Positions 1 through 6,802 of a stretch of DNA of 20,231 nt are shown in pieces (the first letter of the stretch is position 1; every line of letters begins with the position of its first letter). The notes beneath the pieces were generated by a model that was not told the DNA's origin, ran no database searches, and saw only the letters and a list, made by a program, of their open reading frames with translations. This DNA is from an uncultured Myxococcales bacterium (GTDB lineage Bacteria; Myxococcota; UBA4151), in the NCBI GenBank assembly GCA_964013405.1, contig CAXGWI010000056.1, forward strand, positions 1 through 20,231. The letters are read 5' to 3'. The position numbers and the translations under genes are program-made.

Positions 1-374
1 AAGTCCGCGGCCCCGCCGCTGCTTAGGACCAAGTCAAAGACCCCGGCGGGGCCCTCGGAGCGCAGGTCGATGGCGCACTGAGCCGGCGCCCCGGCGGTGG
101 TGCAGCTGTTGCCCAAACCAAAGCTCAGCGGCGGCGATTGATCGGCGGCTTTCACCACCCGAGCGGTCACGGTTTGCGCCGGCATGGGCTCACCGAACTG
201 ATCGAGCACTCGCAGGCTTAAAGCGCCCCAATCGCCGGCCACCAATTGGAGGGGCTCCCCCACCCGTTCGATGGTGGTGGGCTCGCGGGTGGGCTCCCCT
301 TCCGGCAGGCTGGGCAGCGGTGCTGCACAGGCGGCGCAAAGCACCAGGCTGTAGAAAGCAGTTCGAGTCATCAT
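1..374 (-). CDS. Putative lipoprotein with an Ig-like (Big/invasin-like) domain; partial, runs off the left edge
   Basis: Not in the ORF track; translated by hand from ATG at 374 (or 371): MMTRTAFYSLVLCAACAAPLPSLPEGEPTREPTTIERVGEPLQLVAGDWGALSLRVLDQFGEPMPAQTVTARVV..., open to position 1. Has a short signal peptide with lipobox-like CAAC; LRVLDQFGEP..QTVT resembles the 'V.D..GNP....V' Ig-like strand motif. Confidence 0.7.
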   Translation of the reverse strand, partial: MMTRTAFYSLVLCAACAAPLPSLPEGEPTREPTTIERVGEPLQLVAGDWGALSLRVLDQFGEPMPAQTVTARVVKAADQSPPLSFGLGNSCTTAGAPAQCAIDLRSEGPAGVFDLVLSSGGAAD

Positions 375-414
375 CGAGAGCCTAAGAGAAAGGCCGGCCG
401 CTTGGCTAGGGGCC

Positions 415-594
415 CTAAGGCGACGGGGAGTCGCCCGGCTCGGGACCAGCGATGCCGTTGTTGATGAAGAGTTGGAGGTCCCGTTTATCGGTCCCGATCA
501 AGTCCACATCGAAGTCACCGTTGAGGTCAGCGGCCTCTAGATAGTGGAGATCGGAGCTTGTGATCGCCTCTTGAGGCACAAGGAGCAGGGCCAC
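415..594 (-). CDS. 59-aa micro-ORF or gene remnant carrying one FG-GAP/VCBS-type Ca-binding repeat
   Basis: Hand translation from GTG 594 to TAG 415: VALLLVPQEAITSSDLHYLEAADLNGDFDVDLIGTDKRDLQLFINNGIAGPEPGDSPSP*. ADLNGDFDVDLI...LFINNG matches the FG-GAP consensus. There is an in-frame TAA five codons upstream and no clear RBS, so it may be a pseudogene fragment. Confidence 0.55.
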   Translation of the reverse strand: MALLLVPQEAITSSDLHYLEAADLNGDFDVDLIGTDKRDLQLFINNGIAGPEPGDSPSP

Positions 595-618
595 GCCGAG
601 GGGGCTTTAAGCGCGCGG

Positions 619-1698
619 CTAGTCGAGGAGGTGACGTAGACGCCGCCCCAAACGAATGCGGTCTAAGAGGCTGCGCAGCCGCAACAAGGGGCTCGGCGTG
701 CCCGACCGGGAAGGGGTCAGGTTCGGTAAGCGCCGAGGGACGGGGCCCGTGCGTCGCAGCTGGTCGAGCCACGTGGCGTAACTGGGACCGCAAACCGCCT
801 CGGGAGCCAGTCGCTCGACGATTTGTTCTAGGCGCCGGGCCAGGGCTTCACAGCGACCAAAACGTTCTGAGGGATCCCGGGCCAGGCTACGATTGACGAC
901 CTCGGCCAACTCACCGTCGAGGTCCGGTGTGAAGGCCGTCAGCGCGGGCACCTCGGCCCGGGCCACGGCCGCCACCACCTGGGCCGGGGCCTCGGCACCA
1001 AAAAGCCGACGGCGAGCCAAACACTCCCACAACAAGGTCCCCAACGCGAACTGGTCGCTAGCACCGGTGAGCGGCTGGCCGGTGACCAACTCAGGACTGG
1101 CGTAGCCCAGGTTACCGTAGAGGCCACCGCCCACGCTAAAGCGTTCATTGCTGTTGGACAGGGCCACGCCAAAGTCGAGGAGGCGCACCTGGCCATGGTG
1201 ATCCACCATCACGTTTTGCGGACTGAGATCCCGATGGATGATGGCCAGTGGGCGCCCGGTCTCATCCCGCTTCTGATGGGCGTAATCCAAGGCCTCGGCC
1301 AACTGGATGCCCATGCGCAGAATCAAGTCGAGGGGCAGGCCGATGCCGGCGCCCTGGGCACGGCGGCACAAACGCCAAAGGGTCATGCCCCGCACATATT
1401 CGTAGACAAGAATGGGTTCATCGCCGTGCTGGAACTGATCCATGAGTCGAACGATGGCCGGATGGTGCAGCTGGCGAGCGATGCGCCCTTCATCCTGCAA
1501 GCATGCCCGCAGGTGCTTATCGTGCTGCCGCCCCTGGGGCAGGCGCTTCAGGACCACTTCGTCGCCCCAGGGATCCCGGGCCAACCAGGCTTCGGCCATG
1601 CCGCCCCGACCGACGATGTTCAGCAGCTCATAGGCGCCGATGCGGGCCCGCACTCGATTGAGTCGAAGTCGATTTTTTGCCGCCTGGCGAGCCCTCAA
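619..1698 (-). CDS. Hanks-type Ser/Thr protein kinase, cytoplasmic (kinase domain plus short basic tail)
   Basis: GRGGMA Gly-loop, VVLK, HRDLSPQN catalytic loop, DFG, YASPE, SDQFALG and the subdomain XI Arg are present. GGGGAGGG lies about 7 nt upstream of the TTG start. No TM segment. Confidence 0.93.
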   Translation of the reverse strand: MRARQAAKNRLRLNRVRARIGAYELLNIVGRGGMAEAWLARDPWGDEVVLKRLPQGRQHDKHLRACLQDEGRIARQLHHPAIVRLMDQFQHGDEPILVYEYVRGMTLWRLCRRAQGAGIGLPLDLILRMGIQLAEALDYAHQKRDETGRPLAIIHRDLSPQNVMVDHHGQVRLLDFGVALSNSNERFSVGGGLYGNLGYASPELVTGQPLTGASDQFALGTLLWECLARRRLFGAEAPAQVVAAVARAEVPALTAFTPDLDGELAEVVNRSLARDPSERFGRCEALARRLEQIVERLAPEAVCGPSYATWLDQLRRTGPVPRRLPNLTPSRSGTPSPLLRLRSLLDRIRLGRRLRHLLD

Positions 1699-1791
1699 GA
1701 ATCTGCCCTCCCCCTGGAGGACATCGGAGCTTTCGTCGGAGGGCCTTAGGCCGAAGCGCTGGCCACGACCACGGGCTGATCGCAGGAGGGG

Positions 1792-3384
1792 CTAGCGCAG
1801 AAAACGGAAGACGTCGTTGATGAGGGCCAGGCCCATCAGACCCAGAACCAGAACCAACCCGACCTGGTTCGCCTTGACTCGGGCCTCCAAGGACAAAGGC
1901 CGCCGGCGCACCATCTCCACCAGGCTGATCATGATGAGCCCCCCGTCCAGAACCGGGATCGGCAGCAGGTTCATCAAGCCCAGGTTGAGGCTCAGTAACA
2001 AGAACCACCACCAGAACTGATCCCAACTGCGACTGGCCTCTTTGCCGATGTCATAGAGCATCAGCGGACCACCGATCTGGGACAAGGGCACCGTCCCTGT
2101 CACCATGCGCCGCAGCCCCTCGATCATCGTGCCGATGAAGTTGACACACTGGACAGAGGCCATGGCCGTGGCCGAGAAGATGCCCAGGGTTTCGGTCTTC
2201 AGTTGGGGCGAGCGGATGAAGCTGCTGGTGACGATGCCGTGTTCGAGAACCTCCCGCTCCGTGCGCAGCTCTGCAGAAACCATCCGTTTCTTCAGGGAGA
2301 GGGACACGGTGCGGGCTTCCTTGCCCCGCCGCACCCGGACGTCGGCCGTCAGGTCGTCGGCGTTCTCAAGAACCTGATTCAACTCACTCCAGGTTCGAAT
2401 GGCCAGGCCGCCGGCGCTCTCGATGCGATCCCCCGCTTGCAAGCCCTGTTCGGCAGCGGAGCTCCCCTCTTTCACCCCCTCCACGGTCAACTCGGGATAG
2501 AGGAAGCCCAAGGTGCCATCGGTGGGTCGCACCCAGGTCACTTCAAGGGTCTTTGCTCCGGCCTTGTCGAGGGGCTCACCGGCCTTGCGAGGGGGATAGC
2601 GGCGGACCTTCAGCAGGTGACGATTGCCCCGCAAGCCCCGCCACAATTCGGTAAAGGACCCAATCTCTCGGCCATCGAGCTCGAGAACTTCGTCGTAATC
2701 TTCGAGCCCGCAATCGCTGGTCACCAAGACCACCGGGCCCCGAGGGTTGGCCGAGATACCAAGCATGCCCCGACGGGTTTGACCCCCCAAAGGATCGGGG
2801 ACCAAGCGGCTATCGGGCTGGGCAACGATGCGCTTCAAACGGGAGCCGCGGCGCACCACGAGGTTCAGGCTGCGCCCAGCTGCGGGGGCGATGTGCCCAC
2901 TCAAATCCTGCCAGCTCTTGATCGGCTCGCCGTTGATCTCAAGGATCTGGTCACCCTCTTTAAGCCCCGCCTTGGAGGCCGCGCTGCCGACATTGATGCT
3001 GCCGACCACCGGCAGGGTGTAGGTGTGCCCCCGACCCATGAGGAAGACCGTCAACACGAGGACCGGGAGGATGAGATTTACCGCGGGCCCGGCAAAAGCG
3101 ATGAAGGCCCGCTGCAGGGGCGACTTGGCAAAGAGAGAGTCGGGCTCCGGCTCCTCGCCCTCCTCCATTTGCTCACCGGCAATCTTGACGTAGCCACCCA
3201 ACGGCAGGGCCGAGAGTCGCCATTCGGTCCCCCGCCAGGTGCGCTGCCAAAGGACTTTACCAAAGCCGACCGAAAAGGCCTCCACCCGCACGCCGCAGGC
3301 CCGGGCCGCCAAATAGTGACCCAGCTCGTGCAGGAACACGAGGGGCGTGATCAAAAGCAGAAAGAAGAGAAGTCCGGTTAGCAA
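1792..3384 (-). CDS. rseP: RIP metalloprotease RseP (site-2 protease, M50) with three PDZ-like domains
   Basis: HELGH zinc motif, FSVGFG, LPLGGYVKI, AGPAVN, NLLPIPVLDGG; PDZ signatures AGLKEGDQILEING and GLQAGDRIESAGG. Confidence 0.95.
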   Translation of the reverse strand: MLTGLLFFLLLITPLVFLHELGHYLAARACGVRVEAFSVGFGKVLWQRTWRGTEWRLSALPLGGYVKIAGEQMEEGEEPEPDSLFAKSPLQRAFIAFAGPAVNLILPVLVLTVFLMGRGHTYTLPVVGSINVGSAASKAGLKEGDQILEINGEPIKSWQDLSGHIAPAAGRSLNLVVRRGSRLKRIVAQPDSRLVPDPLGGQTRRGMLGISANPRGPVVLVTSDCGLEDYDEVLELDGREIGSFTELWRGLRGNRHLLKVRRYPPRKAGEPLDKAGAKTLEVTWVRPTDGTLGFLYPELTVEGVKEGSSAAEQGLQAGDRIESAGGLAIRTWSELNQVLENADDLTADVRVRRGKEARTVSLSLKKRMVSAELRTEREVLEHGIVTSSFIRSPQLKTETLGIFSATAMASVQCVNFIGTMIEGLRRMVTGTVPLSQIGGPLMLYDIGKEASRSWDQFWWWFLLLSLNLGLMNLLPIPVLDGGLIMISLVEMVRRRPLSLEARVKANQVGLVLVLGLMGLALINDVFRFLR

Positions 3385-3405
3385 GGCAAAGGTCCTGTTT
3401 ACAGC

Positions 3406-4806
3406 CTAAGGGTTAGGGGGGATGGCGCTGTCGTCCTGCCAGTCACTGGCCGTCACGTCACCCAGATCCTTCAATTGCTCGTAAATGGCCTCCCGGGGGC
3501 CCACGACGATGATGCGAAGTTTTTGCGGATCCAGCAGCTCGGCGGCCGCCAAAGCGACCCCGGTGCTGCTCACGGCCTCCACCCGCTCCGGGTAGGCTGC
3601 AAGGTAATCGTTCCCCAGGCCGTAACGGCGGGCCATCAACAACAATCCCCCCTCCCCTTCAGGGGTCTCCAGGCGCAGGGGAAAGCCGCCGAGAAGATAG
3701 TTTTTGGCCTGCTTAAGCTCCGCCTCGCTGACCCCATTTTTGCGCAGGTCCTCGACCACCTGGAAGCTCAGATCGATCAAGGCTCGAACCTTCTCCTTCC
3801 GGGTGGCCGCGCTGATGGTGAAGGGTCCACCCCGCTTCCCCCCAGCGAAGCGGGAACGGATCCCGTAGGTCAGCCCCTTTTCGCTGCGAACCAGCTTCAT
3901 CAGCCGGCTAGAGAAGCCACCGCCGCCGAGAATGAAATTCATCACCTGGACCGTCTCCCAGCGGGGATCGGTGCGCTGCAGTCCGCCGTGGGCGAGAATC
4001 ACCGTGGCCTGGGATAGATCCGCTTTGTGGACGAGATGAATACGGGGCCCATCTTGAAGACTCAGAGGCAGGGATTGCTGGGCTGAAGCCGCCCCGGACC
4101 ACTGACCAAAGGCCTGTTGCAGCAGGGGTTTGGCCTCGGCGATATCGATGTCGCCAAAAAGGCCGATCACCGCGGGGCCTCCGCCCACGATGCGCTGATA
4201 GAAACTCTTCAGCATGGCCGAATCCACTTGGGAGACACTGGCTTCGGTCCCGGCCACCGGCCGGCCGAAACGATCAGCACCATAGAGGCTCTTCAGCATG
4301 GCCTTGTCCCCCAGCTTCCCCGGTTGGCTGCGCTCCTCAACGAAGCGAGCCAATTGGGCCCGGCGGACCTTTTCCAGCTCGTCGGGTGCCAGGTTCGGTG
4401 CGCTGGCGATCAGCTGCATCAACTCCAAGAGCCGGGGCAGATGCTTCTTGAGCCCCGAACCGAAGATGGTGAAGGTCTCGCGCCCAGCGTTGACCCCCAA
4501 CTCCAATCCAAGCCCCTCCACAGCCGCGGCCATCTCCAGGGCGCTCTTGCCGCCGGCCCCCCGCTCCATCAGGGCGGCGAGCAAGGCCACCGCACCTTCT
4601 TCTTGAGGCGCCTCGATACTGGCGCCCATGGGGAACTCGAGGACCACTTTCACCGTCGGTAGAGAATGGTCCCGTACGTGGATGACGGGCAGCCCGTTCT
4701 CGAGACCATAGAACTCATCGCTGCGCACCGTGCTGGCGACAGCGTCGGGCTTGGGCGTCGACGCACAGGCGGTCAGCGCAAGAATCAGCAGGCTCAAAAT
4801 TCTCAT
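3406..4806 (-). CDS. M16 family peptidase, non-catalytic subunit; probable lipoprotein
   Basis: M16 fold motifs (LENGL, ILGGGGFSSRL..VRSEKGLTY with the R/Y pair); HxxEH is replaced by ALLAA; N-terminus MRILSLLILALTAC is a lipobox. Overlaps the upstream gene by 4 nt (ATGA). Confidence 0.9.
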   Translation of the reverse strand: MRILSLLILALTACASTPKPDAVASTVRSDEFYGLENGLPVIHVRDHSLPTVKVVLEFPMGASIEAPQEEGAVALLAALMERGAGGKSALEMAAAVEGLGLELGVNAGRETFTIFGSGLKKHLPRLLELMQLIASAPNLAPDELEKVRRAQLARFVEERSQPGKLGDKAMLKSLYGADRFGRPVAGTEASVSQVDSAMLKSFYQRIVGGGPAVIGLFGDIDIAEAKPLLQQAFGQWSGAASAQQSLPLSLQDGPRIHLVHKADLSQATVILAHGGLQRTDPRWETVQVMNFILGGGGFSSRLMKLVRSEKGLTYGIRSRFAGGKRGGPFTISAATRKEKVRALIDLSFQVVEDLRKNGVSEAELKQAKNYLLGGFPLRLETPEGEGGLLLMARRYGLGNDYLAAYPERVEAVSSTGVALAAAELLDPQKLRIIVVGPREAIYEQLKDLGDVTASDWQDDSAIPPNP

Positions 4807-6098
4807 GGCGAGGCCTCCGGCAGCAGGTGGACCGAAGTGATGAGTTTCGGATCGAGATAACGACGGGCAACCCGCTGCACATCGGCCGCATCGACCGCCT
4901 GTAACTTGTCCAAATAATGAAGGGCTGGGCGCCAGTCACCGTGATAGACCAGGCTGCGACCCAACAGGCCAGCGATGCCATGGGCCCGCTTCAAGGAATA
5001 GACCGCATCCCGCTCCACTTGGGCCCGGGCCCGGGCGAGCTCCTCGGCGGTCACCCCGCCGGCTCGCACGCCTTCGACGGCCTCAATCATCGCCGCTTCG
5101 ACCGCCTCGATCTTCACGCCGGGTCGAGCGCTGGCCCAGAGGTAGAACTGCCCCTTGCCCGCAAACTCCCAGACGTCGCCTGCCGCGTAATTGGCCATCT
5201 CTTTTTCATAGACCAGGTCCCGATACAGCCGACTGCTCATGCCGCCGGAGAGCACCTGACCGAGCACCTGCAGCGCCGGGATGTCCCCGTCGGCCGCCCG
5301 CGGGATCTGCCACCCGCCGAGTAAGAGGGGCGTTTGGGTGGCAAAGGAGAGGGTCTTTTTGCGCACCTTCTGTGGCTTGGGCTCATCCACATAGGCCCGG
5401 CGCGGCCGCTCTTGAGCGGCCCAGGCCCCGAAATGTTTCGTCACCTTGGCGAGCGCATCTTGGTGATCCACCGCGCCCACGACGATGACGGTGACGTTTT
5501 TCGGGTTGTAATGGGCTTTGTAGAAGGCACTGCAGTCGTCCAGCGTGATCTTGTTGAGATCCTCCATGTAGCCGATGACCGGCCAACGGTAGGTCGAGGT
5601 TTGGTAGGCGGTGGTGATGAAGGCCTCCACCAACTTGCCCACCGGATTGTTGTCCGTGCGCATGCGCCGCTCTTCTTTGACCACCTCTCGCTCGGACTTG
5701 AGCATGGTGTCGGAGAGGGCCAACCACTGAAAACGGTCAGCTTCCAACTCGAGAATCGACTCCAAGTGATGGGCTGCCACATTCTCGTAATAGACGGTCA
5801 TATCGGCCGTGGTGTAGGCGTTGAGCTGCCCCCCGAGATCTTGAACCTTACGGGCGTGCTCCTCGGGGCCCATCTTCTTCGACCCCTTGAACATCATGTG
5901 CTCAAAGAGGTGGGCGATACCGGTGATCCCAGGGCGCTCATCCCGGGAGCCCGTTCGCACCCAGAGTTGAACGCTCACCGTCGGGGCGCTCATGCGGCGG
6001 ACGGTGAGGACCTGAAGGCCGTTATCGAGATGATGCTCCTGAACATCCAAGGGCAGGGGTGCAGCGAGCAGTTGGGTCATCAAAGCCAGATGCAGCAT
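4803..6098 (-). CDS. M16 family zinc peptidase, catalytic subunit
   Basis: HLFEH inverted zincin motif, NAYT, EREVVKEERR. Start moved from 6125 to ATG 6098, which follows GGAGG; short signal-like N-terminus MLHLALMTQLLAA. Confidence 0.92.
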   Translation of the reverse strand: MLHLALMTQLLAAPLPLDVQEHHLDNGLQVLTVRRMSAPTVSVQLWVRTGSRDERPGITGIAHLFEHMMFKGSKKMGPEEHARKVQDLGGQLNAYTTADMTVYYENVAAHHLESILELEADRFQWLALSDTMLKSEREVVKEERRMRTDNNPVGKLVEAFITTAYQTSTYRWPVIGYMEDLNKITLDDCSAFYKAHYNPKNVTVIVVGAVDHQDALAKVTKHFGAWAAQERPRRAYVDEPKPQKVRKKTLSFATQTPLLLGGWQIPRAADGDIPALQVLGQVLSGGMSSRLYRDLVYEKEMANYAAGDVWEFAGKGQFYLWASARPGVKIEAVEAAMIEAVEGVRAGGVTAEELARARAQVERDAVYSLKRAHGIAGLLGRSLVYHGDWRPALHYLDKLQAVDAADVQRVARRYLDPKLITSVHLLPEASP

Positions 6099-6155
6099 GG
6101 ATCCTCCGTGGCCCCACTTGGGCAAGAACAGCCGTGATTCGCAAGCCTTCCCTGC

Positions 6156-6788
6156 TCAAGCACGAAAGCGTTCGCTCCCATCCTCGGCACTAATAATGCG
6201 CAGGGCCACCTCCGGTCCGAAGGCCTCCCGATAACGGGTCGCAATGGCCTCGAGGTCACCTTCGCCTAAAACCAATTCGACTTGCTCGTCGCTGATCTCT
6301 CCCAGCTCCAGGCCTTCCTCACCGGCGATTAACTGGCGGGCTTGCAAGCGATTGATGGCCTGACGGGGGCTGATCTCCCCCTCGGCCAGATCCACCAACT
6401 CCTGCCAAACGCTTTCGGCCGCCAACAAGCCCCGCTCCACCAACACGCCGAGGGTTTCTGGCACCGGCGGGGCCGCGGTGATGTCGAGACTGACCACCCA
6501 GCGGACGCTGCGTTGTTCAAAATCCAGATCCAAGCGCCCCACGGGGATCATGCCATTGAGGCGCAGCACGAACTCACCCACGTTGAGCAGCTGGGCTTCG
6601 GGGATCAGCAAGGGCCCCAGCACGAGAATACGGAAGATGCCCTGGTTCGGCTCCTCTGCAAGATAGACCTCCCAGGTTCGCTGTGTGCCTGAAAACACCG
6701 CCCGATGCCCCCGGCCCTCGGGAATCGGCTCCAGGTTCCAACCCCGGGTCGCGAAGGCCGCCCGAACAAACTCATCGGTTCTCTGCAT
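6156..6788 (-). CDS. YbjN-like domain protein (T3SS-chaperone-like fold) with acidic C-terminal extension
   Basis: VGEFVLRLNGMIPVGRLDLDFEQRSVRW resembles the YbjN 'EF..R.N.....G.F.LD...G.VR' motif. ATG 6788 follows AAGGAG at 8-nt spacing, preferred over GTG 6797. Confidence 0.65.
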   Translation of the reverse strand: MQRTDEFVRAAFATRGWNLEPIPEGRGHRAVFSGTQRTWEVYLAEEPNQGIFRILVLGPLLIPEAQLLNVGEFVLRLNGMIPVGRLDLDFEQRSVRWVVSLDITAAPPVPETLGVLVERGLLAAESVWQELVDLAEGEISPRQAINRLQARQLIAGEEGLELGEISDEQVELVLGEGDLEAIATRYREAFGPEVALRIISAEDGSERFRA

Positions 6789-6802
6789 CCTGGTCACTCC
6801 TT

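Noticed and set aside
246..464. 72-aa plus-strand ORF from the track (also 527-793 minus)
   Set aside because: The composition is not protein-like and conflicts with better-supported minus-strand frames (lipoprotein, FG-GAP micro-ORF, kinase).
375..618. Possible structured ncRNA (6S/SRP-like) in the kinase-lipoprotein gap
   Set aside because: I found no long pairing or conserved motif; the region is better explained by the FG-GAP coding remnant.
1724..1741. TCGGAG direct repeat upstream of the kinase
   Set aside because: Two 6-mers are not significant without conservation data.
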